Origin: Terriglobia bacterium
GTDB taxonomy: Bacteria; Acidobacteriota; Terriglobia; JAJPHL01
DNA: 64,000 nt
Direction of reading: 5' to 3'
NCBI GenBank assembly: GCA_021325275.1
Contig: JAJPHL010000032.1
Span: forward strand, 165,082-229,081
Shown here: positions 28,555 through 39,300 of the stretch, one piece after another
Layout: each line of letters begins with the position of its first letter
How positions within the stretch are numbered: the stretch's first letter is position 1
Translations under genes and position numbers: made by a program
The notes under the pieces: model-generated
Seen by the model: only the letters and a program-made list of their open reading frames with translations
Databases searched by the model: none
Told to the model about the DNA's origin: nothing

Positions 28555-29040
28555 TTACGCGTCTCCGATGCGCTTGAGCTCCGCGAGCAGTGCCGCGTCG
28601 TCGAGGGAATCGAACGGCAGCGCGAGAAACGCATCGATCCGGCGCTCGAGCAGATTATAAGCTTCGCGAAACGCCCGCGCGGTTTCCTCGCGCGTGCGAA
28701 ACACGGGATCGGCGATGCCCCAATGCGCCGTTCTCGGATGTCCCGGCCAGATGAGACAAACTTCCGCCGCGGCGTGATCGCACACGGTAAACACAAAGTC
28801 CATGGGCGGTGCGCCGGGCCCTGCGAATTCGTCCCAGCTCTTGCTGCGAAATCCGCCGGTTGATAGACCAACGCCGGCGATTTGCGCAAGCGCCGCCGGA
28901 TGAACGCGTCCCGCCGGATGGCTACCGGCGCTGAACGCCGTGAACCGCGGATCGCGCTTGCCGTTGAGGATCGCTTCCGCCATGATCGATCGCGCGGAGT
29001 TTCCGGTGCAGAGAAAAAGTACGTTGAAATGCTTGTTCAT
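28555..29040 (-). CDS. arsC: Arsenate reductase, LMW-PTP/thioredoxin-coupled type
   Basis: CTGNSARS P-loop at the N-terminus and downstream Cys residues. Start overlaps the arsM stop (TGATG). Confidence 0.85.
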   Translation of the reverse strand: MNKHFNVLFLCTGNSARSIMAEAILNGKRDPRFTAFSAGSHPAGRVHPAALAQIAGVGLSTGGFRSKSWDEFAGPGAPPMDFVFTVCDHAAAEVCLIWPGHPRTAHWGIADPVFRTREETARAFREAYNLLERRIDAFLALPFDSLDDAALLAELKRIGDA

Positions 29041-29852
29041 CAGGCCGCCTTGCGCGCGCGCACGAACGCGCTGATGAACTTTCCTTCCACTTGAGGCGCC
29101 ACCGTATCCACATCGATTCCGGAGTCGGCGAGAAACTGCCGCGCGTCCTCGACGTTGTACACGCGCGTCGGCTCGATTTCGATTTCCGCGAACCCCGCGT
29201 TAGAGAGCTTGGCGGTGTATTCGGCGTCGGTGAGCGCGCCCGCAATGCAACCGACCCACAATTCCATGCTGCGGCGCACTTCGGCGGGAACATCCGCGCC
29301 CCGCACCACCACGTCGGACACGGCGAAGCGTCCGCCCGGTCTCAGCACGCGATACGCTTCGCGCAGCACGCGGGCTTTGTCCGCCGACAGGTTGATCACG
29401 CAATTGGAAATCACCACGTCGACGGAATTGTCGGGCAACGGAATGTTTTCGATCTCGCCCTTCAGAAACTCGACGTTCTCCAGTCCCGAGCGGCGTTGAT
29501 TCTCGCGCGCCAACGCGAGCATTTCGTCGGTCATATCGAGTCCATACACTTTTCCCGTGGGACCGACGCGGCGCGCCGAGAGCAAGACGTCGATGCCGCC
29601 GCCCGAGCCGAGATCAAGCACGGTTTCGCCGGGATGCAGTTGCGCGAGCGCCGTAGGATTGCCGCAACCGAGCGACGCTTTCACAGCTTCATCAGGAAGT
29701 CCGCTGGTTTCTCCCGCTTGATAGAGGTTCGACGTGATCGGGTCGCAGCAGGCATCTTTGGCCGGCTGCGCTCCACAGCAAGAACTGCCGCCCGATGCGA
29801 CGCGCAATGCCGCTTGTCCGTATTTCTCCTTCACCGCTTCTTTTACGTCCAT
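29040..29852 (-). CDS. arsM: Arsenite S-adenosylmethionine methyltransferase
   Basis: SAM motif [12 protein letters not shown] and conserved Cys residues (N-terminal CC pairs, LGCGNP, SNCVIN, VGCIAG). GGAGGG RBS. Start at 29852, inside the longer ORF-track frame. Confidence 0.85.
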   Translation of the reverse strand: MDVKEAVKEKYGQAALRVASGGSSCCGAQPAKDACCDPITSNLYQAGETSGLPDEAVKASLGCGNPTALAQLHPGETVLDLGSGGGIDVLLSARRVGPTGKVYGLDMTDEMLALARENQRRSGLENVEFLKGEIENIPLPDNSVDVVISNCVINLSADKARVLREAYRVLRPGGRFAVSDVVVRGADVPAEVRRSMELWVGCIAGALTDAEYTAKLSNAGFAEIEIEPTRVYNVEDARQFLADSGIDVDTVAPQVEGKFISAFVRARKAA

Positions 29853-29863
29853 GACACCCTCCG

Positions 29864-30220
29864 TTATTTGCAAATTCGAATGATCGCTTCGGGCTGCACC
29901 GCGGGATTCCGCCGGCAGCACTCGGCGTAAAGAAATCCCAGCAATTCTTCGAGCGAATCCGCGTTCGCCCGATACCAAAGAAACGTGCCGTCGCGGCGCA
30001 CTTCCACCAAGTCTTCGGCCTTCAGTTTCTCGAGATGATGCGACAGCGTGGAATTGGGAATGTTCAACTCCTGTTGCACGTCGCCGACCACCATTCCCTT
30101 GGGATGCGCCGACAACAGCAATTGCATGATGCGCAAACGCGGCTCCGCGCCCATGGCCGACATCATGTCGGCGTACTTGGCGACGTCTTTGGCAGCTTTC
30201 GGAATCGTTCTCGGAGTCAT
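29864..30220 (-). CDS. arsR: ArsR/SmtB-family metalloregulator with C-terminal cysteine cluster
   Basis: wHTH (LRIMQLLLS...VVGDVQQELNIPNSTLSHHLEKL). There is no ELCVCDL site; instead cysteines sit in a C-terminal AECCRRN...RICK cluster. Confidence 0.8.
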   Translation of the reverse strand: MTPRTIPKAAKDVAKYADMMSAMGAEPRLRIMQLLLSAHPKGMVVGDVQQELNIPNSTLSHHLEKLKAEDLVEVRRDGTFLWYRANADSLEELLGFLYAECCRRNPAVQPEAIIRICK

Positions 30221-30243
30221 ATTTCGATAATGGCAGAAATATG
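30218..30243. promoter_or_regulatory. 8-bp inverted repeat CATATTTC-N10-GAAATATG overlapping the arsR start codon; putative ArsR operator
   Basis: Read from the sequence. Confidence 0.45.
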
Positions 30244-30305
30244 GAAGTTGTCAAGTGCTCTAAGACGTTTCGCCGAAGAGAGGTCGGATGGTAGCATGAC
30301 TGTCG

Positions 30306-30590
30306 ATGGGCAATCACTTCGAATGGGACGCCTCGAAGGCCGCCGAGAATCTTGCCAAGCACGGCGTTCGTTTCAACGAGGCGATCTCCGTTTTCTCCGA
30401 TGCCCTCGCTCGAATTTTCGACGACGAGGATCACTCCGAGACGGAGTTGCGGGAGATGATCGTAGGGCATTCCAAGAGAGGACGGCTGCTTGTGGTAAGC
30501 TTCACTGAGCGGGCCACTGCGATCCGGATCATCAGCGCCCGCGAAGCCACTCGAACGGAGCGGCGTGACTATGAAGAAAGCGCCCTCTAG
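30306..30590 (+). CDS. brnT: BrnT-family ribonuclease toxin (DUF497)
   Basis: N-terminus FEWDxxKAxxNLxKHGVxFxEA..., typical of BrnT. It overlaps the downstream antitoxin gene. Confidence 0.75.
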   Translation: MGNHFEWDASKAAENLAKHGVRFNEAISVFSDALARIFDDEDHSETELREMIVGHSKRGRLLVVSFTERATAIRIISAREATRTERRDYEESAL

Positions 30591-30825
30591 AAAATCCGCC
30601 AACGGCCGCGACGAATTGCGGCCCGAATATCGCTTCGATTACTCCAAAGCCAAGCCCAACCGCTTCGCGAATCGAATGTCGCGGGAAACGATCGCCGTGG
30701 TCTTGGACCCAGATGTGTCGGTTGTGTTCAAAACCTCTGAAGCAGTCAACAACCTGCTGCGTTCTGCGATCACCGCGGTCAAGCCTCCTCGCGGGCGGCC
30801 CGATGGCAAGGTGCCCTCCCCGTAA
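30565..30825 (+). CDS. brnA: BrnA-family antitoxin
   Basis: Small basic protein (EYRFDYSKAKPNRFA) in a 3' overlap with brnT, the canonical brnTA arrangement. Confidence 0.7.
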   Translation: MTMKKAPSRKSANGRDELRPEYRFDYSKAKPNRFANRMSRETIAVVLDPDVSVVFKTSEAVNNLLRSAITAVKPPRGRPDGKVPSP

Positions 30826-30986
30826 CCCATTGGTGCGATTGCCTCTATTTCTCGAATCTCCCGGCACCCTCGACCGATCTCATGCAATGGATTGAGAGCT
30901 CGTTCGTAGAACGATATGTAAAGCAATCGTTTGCGAGCGAGTGGGTTTAGGGCTCCCCTTCAAAGCTAGCCCTCCAAGGAGGCGTT

Positions 30987-33014
30987 ATGCTGCAGTTCAT
31001 CCTGCGTTTGGCCACCGATCCGTGGTTCTGGTTTTGGTTTGTCACGATCACGGCGTCGATTCTGACTTTTCCGTCGATTCGCAAGATTGGTCCCACCGAA
31101 GTGGGACTGGTGATTCGACGCTTCGGTAAAAAACTGCCCGGCGACGATCCTATCGCGCTGAAGGGCGAGGCCGGTTATCAGGCCGCGCTGCTGACGCCGG
31201 GATATCGCTTCAAGCTGTGGCTGGTTTATCGCGTCGAGAACTTTCCGTGGGTGCAGATTCCCGCGAATGAAATCGGCGTGCTGATGGCGCAGGTCGGCAA
31301 GGCGCTGCCGCCTGGCGCGAAATCGGCGCACTATAAACCGGCGTTCGGAAATTTCACCGACGTTGCCGGATTCATTCAGAACGGCGGAGAAAAAGGCGTG
31401 CAGCGCCCCGTGCTTTCACCCGGTAGTTTGCTGCCGATTCATCCCGTCGGATTCGTCGTGATTACGAAATCGATGATCTATGGTCTGCCGATGTCGGCAG
31501 AGTTCAAGAGTCGCAGTAAAGATGGCCGGCTCAGTTGTGGATCGTTCAACTTGTCGCCCGACCAGTTGAACGTGGTGCGCATCGAGCCGCGCGTGAGCGA
31601 ACAAGGCGAAGAAAAAATGGACGTCGTCGGCGTCGTCACGACGCTCGAAGGACGTCCGCTCGCATCGGGACACATCGCCAGCCGTCTCGGCGGATTCGAC
31701 GACATGCAGGCGCTGGAAGCCGGCGGCTCCGAGGACAACGCCATCATCGACGTGCTGCTCGGTGACAAGAACCAGTCGCACAACAACTATCAGAACTTCC
31801 AGGCGTTCATCGACGCCGGCGGTGAGATGGGTTTGCAGCACGATGTGCTGCGCTACGGCGCGTACAACTTGAATCCGTTCCTGGTGCGCGTGGAGATCGT
31901 GCCGATGCTGGTGGTACGCCAGGGCGAAACGGCCGCCATCAAGGCCTACGTTGGTCTTTCGACGCAAGACACCTCGGGCGTCGACTTCAAGTTCGGATCG
32001 CTGGTGCGCCCAGGACATCGCGGCTTGTGGCGCGAGCCGTTGCGCACCGGAAAATACGCGATCAATCCGCGCATCTATCAGGCGGAGATCGTGCCCACGG
32101 CAATCTTGAAGCTCGACTGGGCGGAAAACGTCACCGGCGCGCACGGTCTCGACGCCGCGCTGCAACCGATCATCGCGAAGAGCAAGGAAGGCTTTGTCTT
32201 CCAAATCGACTTGCAGGTGTTGATCCACGTGCCGGACACGAAAGCGCCGAAGGTGATCAGCATGGTCGGCACGATGAAGAACCTGGTGAACGAAGTACTG
32301 CAAGCCGCCGTGGGCAATTTGTTCCGCGACAAACTCAGTTCGATGGCGGCCGTCGATTTCATCGAGACGCGCCAGAAGGTGCAAGAGGAAGCGTTCGCGC
32401 ACATCAAGTCGCAGCTGGAGCAGTATGAAGTGGAGACGCGCGGCGTCTACATCCAGGACGTGGATCTACCCGCGGACCTGGTCCAAGTGCTGACGCAGCG
32501 CGAAATCGCGAATCAGCAGATTCGCACGTTTCAGATGCAGAAGTCGGCGCAGGAAGAGCGCATCGCGATGGAAAAAGCGAAAGGCACGGCGGAAGCGCAG
32601 GCTCAGCTCGCGCGCTCGGAAGTGGGCGTGGCGGTGAAGGGCAACGACGCATCCGCTCGCAAAGCCGAAGCCGAGGGAGAAGCGCGCTATATAGCGGCGA
32701 CCGGCAGCGCGAAAGCGGCCGAAGTGGAAGCGGTGGGCTTGGCCAACGCCAAAGCCGCCGAAGCCATCGGACTCGCCAACGCGCGCGCGTACGAGGAGCA
32801 AGTGAAGGCGCTCGGCGCATCGGCGACGTCGCTGCTGAACGTGGTAGGCGTGCTGTCGAAGAGTCAAGTGCCGTTCATGCCGAACATTCTCGTCACCGGC
32901 TCGAACGGTCACGGCGGCGCGATCGACGGCTTGGCCGCCACGCTGATGGGCCTAGTTTCGAAGGCGGCACCGCCGAAAACAATGCCCGATCTACCTCCGG
33001 CGGCGAAAAGCTAG
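30987..33014 (+). CDS. Flotillin-like SPFH/Band-7 family protein
   Basis: N-terminal membrane anchor, SPFH domain, and a C-terminal Ala/Glu-rich coiled-coil (AEAQAQLARSE...AEVEAVGLANAKAAEAIGLANARAYEEQ). AAGGAGG RBS. Confidence 0.75.
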   Translation: MLQFILRLATDPWFWFWFVTITASILTFPSIRKIGPTEVGLVIRRFGKKLPGDDPIALKGEAGYQAALLTPGYRFKLWLVYRVENFPWVQIPANEIGVLMAQVGKALPPGAKSAHYKPAFGNFTDVAGFIQNGGEKGVQRPVLSPGSLLPIHPVGFVVITKSMIYGLPMSAEFKSRSKDGRLSCGSFNLSPDQLNVVRIEPRVSEQGEEKMDVVGVVTTLEGRPLASGHIASRLGGFDDMQALEAGGSEDNAIIDVLLGDKNQSHNNYQNFQAFIDAGGEMGLQHDVLRYGAYNLNPFLVRVEIVPMLVVRQGETAAIKAYVGLSTQDTSGVDFKFGSLVRPGHRGLWREPLRTGKYAINPRIYQAEIVPTAILKLDWAENVTGAHGLDAALQPIIAKSKEGFVFQIDLQVLIHVPDTKAPKVISMVGTMKNLVNEVLQAAVGNLFRDKLSSMAAVDFIETRQKVQEEAFAHIKSQLEQYEVETRGVYIQDVDLPADLVQVLTQREIANQQIRTFQMQKSAQEERIAMEKAKGTAEAQAQLARSEVGVAVKGNDASARKAEAEGEARYIAATGSAKAAEVEAVGLANAKAAEAIGLANARAYEEQVKALGASATSLLNVVGVLSKSQVPFMPNILVTGSNGHGGAIDGLAATLMGLVSKAAPPKTMPDLPPAAKS

Positions 33015-33226
33015 TCGCTGGAGCCGGCTCTGGTTGCTGGCTGAGATCAATTCGATCTCAACCAGCAATCGGCACCGTCCTAGGTCCCCTAAACGCAATC
33101 GACGAGCGGCACGTCTATCTTAGTAACATACGAGGATCTGCCAGTCGGCCCGGGCAGGTGGCGCCTGCCCGGGACAACGGCTTCCGCTCCCGCCCTGCAA
33201 GTTTCGCGTTACAATCAACCTGAACG

Positions 33227-33562
33227 ATGTCTTTCACCGAAGAATTGCGGCGCCAGCCGCGCATCGCGTACACCGAAGAAGTGCTGGTCGGCCAAGACGG
33301 CATTTTTTCCCGCACCGGCGGGCGCATCCGCAACATCAGCGCGATCGGTGCGTTCATTGAGAATGCGGCCAGCTTCGCCGCGGGCAGCATTGTAAGCCTG
33401 CGGTTTCCGCTGGTCGCCGAATCGGAACCCATCAGTTGCTCGGCGATCGTGCGCAACGCGCGCGACGGCGGGCTGGGCGTCGAGTTTCTCGATTTGTCGA
33501 GCGAAGCCAGAGTGCGGATTGCGGCGTTTGTGTCGAAGCAATCGGTTTCCGCTAGAGCTTGA
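33227..33562 (+). CDS. PilZ-domain protein (c-di-GMP receptor)
   Basis: RxxxR (RRQPR) and N-x-S-x-x-G (NISAIGAF) motifs. Confidence 0.6.
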   Translation: MSFTEELRRQPRIAYTEEVLVGQDGIFSRTGGRIRNISAIGAFIENAASFAAGSIVSLRFPLVAESEPISCSAIVRNARDGGLGVEFLDLSSEARVRIAAFVSKQSVSARA

Positions 33563-33625
33563 TGAAAAAGACGCTTCCCCGAAGAACTGGACAGCCAAGG
33601 ATGCCGGTCCCACTATAATGGCCTC

Positions 33626-36256
33626 ATGAAAAAGTCGTTCGCCGCCATTCTTCTTTCCCTGCTGTTTGCCGCGTTCGCCGCCGCGCAGGTTCCCACGCCC
33701 GAGAGTTTTTACGGATTCCGCATGGGCACCGACAAGAAGCTCGCGCGATGGGACAAGATTATCGAATACTTCCAAACGGTCGCCGCGCATTCCGATCGCG
33801 TCCGCGTACGCACGCTCGGCCCGACGACGAACAATAATCCGTTCATCGTGGCGGAAATCGCGTCGCCCGACACGATCAAGAATCTCGACCATTTCAAGCA
33901 GCTCGAACGGAAACTCTATTTTCAAGGCGGCGCACCGACGACGGCGGAGCTTGACGAAATCTTCAAGTCGGGCAAAGCGGTGGTGGTCATCACCAACGCC
34001 ATTCACGCCACCGAAATCGGCGCGACGCAGATGGTTTCGGAAGCCTTGTATCGCTTGGCGACGGAAGACTCGCCGGAAATCCACAAGATTCTCGACAACG
34101 TGATCTTCGTGTTGGTGCCGTGCTTGAATCCCGACGGCGAAATCATCGTCACCGACTGGTACAACAAGAACGTTGGCACACCGTACGAAGCGAGTCCGAT
34201 TCCGTGGGTCTATCACCCGTACGTGGGTCACGACAACAATCGCGACATGTATTTGTTTTCGCAGCGCGAAAGCCGCATGACCGCGGAGTTGCTCTGGCAC
34301 GATTGGTTTCCGTCCATCTGGCTCGACGAGCATCAAATGGGATCGAACGGCGCGCGCATTTTCACGATGCCGGCGACCGATCCGATCAATCCCAACGTGC
34401 ATCCACTGATTTATCGCTTGAACGGCATTTACGGACAGCAGCAATCGGCGGCGCTCGAAGCGGAAGGGAAAACCGGGATCATCTACAACTCCACGTACAC
34501 GAATTTTTGGGAAGGCGCGATGGCGTGGGCCGGATGGTGGCACAACGAAGTGGGATTACTCACCGAAGTGGCGAGCGCGCGCATCGCCACGCCGCAAGAA
34601 CAGCGACGCGCCGATCCTACGCGCCCGGCCGCGCCCGCGGCTGCCGGAGGTGACTTCGAAGGCGAGCGCCGGCGCTCGATGGAAAATCCCGGAGAGCCAA
34701 TCCCCGCGCCGACTGATGTGCGGTCGCGCACCGAGTATCCGCGGCCGTGGCTCGGCGGCACGTGGAAATTGCGCGACATCGTGGACTATGAGTTGACCGC
34801 GACCTTCGCGCTGCTCTCCGCCGCCGCCGATCGCCGCGAGACGCTGCTGCGCGAGATTTACGAAGTGAATCGCGCGACCATCGCCGACGGCACGCAAGGA
34901 ACGCTGGCTGCCGGGCCGAAAGCGTTTGCCGCGATCATTCCTCTGTCCGGTCAGCACGATGTAAACGAAGTGAGTGAGGTTGTGGACAAATTGCTGATCG
35001 CGGGCATCGAAGTGCATCGCGCGACCAAGGAATTCAAGCAAGACGGCGAGACGTACGAAGCGGGAACGTTTGTGATCCCGTTCAATCAGGTTTTCGCGCG
35101 CTACGCGAAAGATATTTTGGAGAAACAAACGTATCCGGAAGTTCGACGTGCGCCGAACGCGCCGGCTGAAGCGCCGTACGACGTGTCGGCGTGGTCGTTG
35201 GGGATGCAGTTCGGCGTGAAGACCGTGTTTGCGAAGACCGCGCTGCCGAAGGATCTTGCACTGGAGCGGATTGCTGCGAAACCCCAACCCAGTGTCGAAG
35301 GCGAGCTCGTTGACCTTGTAACCAGCATCCGTTACCGTGGGCCGGAAGATGCACGTCTCATTAATCGCTTGTTGAAGGCGGGCGCGAAAGTCAATATCGG
35401 CAGAGAGACGGTCGAATTTGCATCTGACTCTACGATCTGGCCGAAGGTCGGGACCGGATTCAACCTCAGCAAATTCGACTACATCCACAACGACGGCAAA
35501 AACCTGCACGCGCGCCGCATCGAAAAAGGCATGAAAGCTCCGCGACTGGCGATGTATCAATCGTGGACCGCCAACATGGACGAAGGCTGGACGCGCTGGG
35601 TGCTGGAGCATTACGAATTTCCGTACACCACCGTGCACAACGACGACGTGAAGGCCGGACATTTACGCGATCACTTTGACGCGATCATTTTGCCGGATCA
35701 ACAGCCGCGCGACATTGAAACGGGTCTCGATTTTTCCTCGATCGTTCCGGAGTATCGCGGCGGTTTGGGCGCCTCGGGATGGAAAGCGCTCGACGAATTC
35801 GTGAAAGCGGGTGGCACGCTGATCGCGATGGGCAATGCGTGCAACTATTTGATCGAAAAAATGCCGCTGCCGGTAAGAGACGTCAAGCGGACGACAAATC
35901 GCGAACAGCATTTCGCGCCGGGAACGATTGTGAATCTGCAAATCGACACGACGCATCCCCTGGGACGCGGCATGCCGGCCGAAACGTGGGGCTACTACAT
36001 CAACACACCGTTTTTCCAACTGACCGAAGGCTTCGCCTCGCAACGCACAACGGTCGCGGCGCGCTTTCCGAACACCGCGGTGAACGCCTCGGGCTGGCTG
36101 CGCGGCGAGGACTACATGTACGGCCGCGCGGCGGTGGTGGCAGTGGAAATGAATCCGGGAAAAGTAGTGCTCTTCGGCATCCGCCCGCAACATCGCGCGC
36201 AGACGCACGCCACGTTGCCGATGTTGTTCAACGCGATCTATTGGTCGGCGGAGTGA
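33626..36256 (+). CDS. Secreted M14-family metallocarboxypeptidase-like protein (large, multi-domain)
   Basis: Signal peptide. HxxE zinc site (NAIHATEIGATQ) and downstream His, typical of M14. Confidence 0.65.
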   Translation: MKKSFAAILLSLLFAAFAAAQVPTPESFYGFRMGTDKKLARWDKIIEYFQTVAAHSDRVRVRTLGPTTNNNPFIVAEIASPDTIKNLDHFKQLERKLYFQGGAPTTAELDEIFKSGKAVVVITNAIHATEIGATQMVSEALYRLATEDSPEIHKILDNVIFVLVPCLNPDGEIIVTDWYNKNVGTPYEASPIPWVYHPYVGHDNNRDMYLFSQRESRMTAELLWHDWFPSIWLDEHQMGSNGARIFTMPATDPINPNVHPLIYRLNGIYGQQQSAALEAEGKTGIIYNSTYTNFWEGAMAWAGWWHNEVGLLTEVASARIATPQEQRRADPTRPAAPAAAGGDFEGERRRSMENPGEPIPAPTDVRSRTEYPRPWLGGTWKLRDIVDYELTATFALLSAAADRRETLLREIYEVNRATIADGTQGTLAAGPKAFAAIIPLSGQHDVNEVSEVVDKLLIAGIEVHRATKEFKQDGETYEAGTFVIPFNQVFARYAKDILEKQTYPEVRRAPNAPAEAPYDVSAWSLGMQFGVKTVFAKTALPKDLALERIAAKPQPSVEGELVDLVTSIRYRGPEDARLINRLLKAGAKVNIGRETVEFASDSTIWPKVGTGFNLSKFDYIHNDGKNLHARRIEKGMKAPRLAMYQSWTANMDEGWTRWVLEHYEFPYTTVHNDDVKAGHLRDHFDAIILPDQQPRDIETGLDFSSIVPEYRGGLGASGWKALDEFVKAGGTLIAMGNACNYLIEKMPLPVRDVKRTTNREQHFAPGTIVNLQIDTTHPLGRGMPAETWGYYINTPFFQLTEGFASQRTTVAARFPNTAVNASGWLRGEDYMYGRAAVVAVEMNPGKVVLFGIRPQHRAQTHATLPMLFNAIYWSAE

Positions 36257-36267
36257 CGATCAAACAA

Positions 36268-36350
36268 AAACGCAACCGCAGATAAACGCAGATGAACGCC
36301 GACAGATTCCCGTTCTATCTGCGTTGATCTGCGTCCATCTGCGGTTGCGT
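36268..36350. terminator. Second copy of the CGCAGATNAA-unit palindromic element, between convergent genes
   Basis: aacgcaaccgcagataaacgcagatgaacgcc / loop / ctatctgcgttgatctgcgtccatctgcggttgcgtt. Same unit structure as the element at 1845..1925. Confidence 0.5.
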
Positions 36351-36359
36351 TCTTCTTGC

Positions 36360-39300
36360 CTACTGTACGGCGATCGTTACCGTATTCGACTGCACACCGC
36401 CCGCCGTGATGAACAGGTTCACGGCTGGACCGGTCTGCGCCGTCGTCGGGATCTGCTTGTTGATCTGATACAGACCCACGAAGCCCGGCGCCAATCCCGC
36501 AAAGTCGAATTGCGCGTTGGGCAGCACCGATCCACCCAAGCTAACCGAGACGGTGGTGTTCACCGTGGAACTCACGGCGGCCGCGCCGTCGGCCGGTTGC
36601 GGTGTCACCGCGCCCAGACCCGTGCAGTAGATCGTGATGTACGATCCGCGAGTGACCGGTTGCGCCGCGGCGCCAGGAATGCTTCCCGCGGGAGCCGCGA
36701 AGGTCGGCGGACTCGCGTTGGCGATTTGGATCGCGCCTTGTCCGGTGCCCTGCGAGTTGATCGAGAAGATGCCGGGGCCCAGCGGAGCGAGCGTAACCGT
36801 TTCCGCCAGACTGGCGATGCCGCCGGACGTGACGACGATCTGCACTTGCGATTGTCCGAGCACTTCCCACGGCAGTTGGAAGTTGATCTGCGTCGCGGAG
36901 ACGAAGAACAGCGCCGCGGCCGTGGAACCGTTCACCAGCACTTGCGTGCTGTTGAGCGTCGTGGGCAGCGGCAAGGTCTGAGCCGCGGCCGTGGCGCTGG
37001 AAAGTCCCGTGCCGAACAGCGACACGATGCCTCCCGGACTCACGGTGGCGCTCGTGAAACTCGCGCCTCCCACGACGCCCGCGGAACTGAACTGCGGCGC
37101 CGATACGGCCAGCTCCACATTCAGTGTCAACGGACTGTTTTGCGCGCCCGACGACGTCACGACCACAGTGCCGCGGTACGATCCCGGCACCAAGCCGGAA
37201 GGATTCGCGGTTACGGTGATGTTCGCCGGCGTTGTGGACGTGGATCCGGCCGACGCTGTGAGCCAACTGCCTCCGCTGGCTGTGGACGTACTCAAGCTGA
37301 AATTCACCGAGCTCGAGCCGGTGGTTGTCAACGCGATTTGTTGACTCAGCGTGGAATTAATCGCCGTGGTCATCTGCACCGTCGAGGAGCCGAGCACCAG
37401 CGACGGCTGGCCCGTCAGGTTCAAGGTCACGCCCACGCTCACCGGTGTGTTCGTGGTTCCCGATGACGAAATCGTGATCAAGCCTTGGTAGGTGCCGACC
37501 GTCAGACCCGTCGTGTTCACCGAGGCGACAATGTTGGCAGCGCCCGAACCGCTCGCGGGATTCACCGAGAGCCAGTTGCCGCCGGTCGATGTGGCCACCG
37601 TGGTCGAGTAGCTGTAGCTGATGCTGCCCGCGCCGAACACGGAGAACGCCAGCGTTTGCGGAGCGGGATTCGTTCCCGGCGATGCGTTGAACGTGAGACT
37701 CGGTGGCGAAACCAAAATCACGCGGCCGGAAATCACGTTCAATGTCACGCTTACCGTGACGGGATTGCTAGTGCCCGAGGCGACCGACACCGTTCCGGTG
37801 TACGTGCCGACGCCCAGCGATCCGTTGTTCACGATCACGCTGACGTTACCGGGCGTAGTTCCGCTGGTGGGCGACACACTCAGCCAACTGCCACCGTTGT
37901 TGGTTGTGGCGGTGGCGGTGAACGTTTGTCCGTTGGTGGATGTGGCCACCGCGATGGTCTGGATATTCGGCGGCGAGCCCCCGGGTACCGCGTCAAACGT
38001 CAACTGCGATGGCGTGGCCGACAACCCAACGGCCGTTCCCGGATTCACCGTAAGATTCACGTTCACGCTTTGCGGCGAGTTGGTGGCGAAGTTCGAAGAC
38101 ACGGTGACTTTCCCCGTGTACGTTCCCGCCGCCAAGCCTGCCAGACTCACGCTGACTGGCAAGTTCTCCGAGGTGGACCCGCTCAGTTGCAGCGATCCGG
38201 CATTCATAACGCTGAGCCAGGGACCACCCGACGTCGTGGTCGGCGTGAGCGAATAGTTCAGCACGCTTCCGCCCGTATTCGTCAGCGTGAAACCTTGCGG
38301 CGATGGATTCGCCGCGCCGACGGTGCCGGTGAAACTCAGCGTCGCAGGACTGATCGCGATCATCGGCTCAGCGGCTAAGGCCAGCGTCACCGAAATCGTC
38401 GCGGGACTGTTGGCAGCAGTGATATTAGAGGCGACGACGACTTGTCCCGTGTAAGTGCCAGGGGCCAAGCCGGCGACGTTGACGTTCACCGAGATCTGTT
38501 GCGAAGGCGGCGCCTGACCGGTGGACGGTGACACGCTCAACCATGGTCCACCGCTCGAAGTGGAAGACGAGACGGTGAACCCGAGCGCCCCGATTCCCAA
38601 ATCTCCCACAGTGATGAGCTGACTTTGCGGATTGATGCCTCCCGCCACCGCATTAAAAAGAAAACTTGACGGGCTGACGCCGAGAACCGGGCCCGAGGGT
38701 ACGGTGAGTTGCACGGGAATCGTCAACGGGCTGTTCGCCGCGTTCGATGAAGTCAACGTAATCGTGCTGTTGTAGGTTCCTTGCGTCAATTGTCCCGGAT
38801 TCACGTTGACCGTCAACGTGGCGGGTGTGCCGTTCGTTGCTCCCCCCGACGTGGGGCTCACGCTCAGCCACGTGTCGGCGGTGGTCACGGTGAAGTTGGC
38901 CGTCGACGGGCCCGGATTACTCACCGTGACCGTCTGCGAGGGAGGAATCACGCCCGTTTGCGTCTGGTTGAATGTGAGCGACGAAGGATTCGCCACCAAC
39001 ACCGGCCCGTTGCTGACCACGAGCTGCAAGTTCACCGTGACCGGCGTGAACGAGTTTCCGCCGGTGGTCGGGGTAATCGTGAGGGTGCCGGTGTAGATTC
39101 CCTGCGCCAAGTTCGAAGAGTTCGCACCCACGGTGAAGTTCAGCGGCGTGGTGTTGCTGCTGACGTTTCCGTAGGTCAGCCAGTTGTTCTGGCTGCTGCC
39201 GGAAATAATGACGTTCACGGCGACGCCGGAGCTTTGTACGAAAACTAATTGCGGTGAAGGATTCTGTCCCGGCGGAACCGCGAAAGTGAGCTGGGATGGG

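Noticed and set aside
29853-30602. Long minus ORF (520 aa) fusing arsM with upstream sequence.
   Set aside because: ArsM homology begins at [12 protein letters not shown] (ATG 29852, GGAGGG RBS). The upstream portion overlaps arsR and brnT in other frames.
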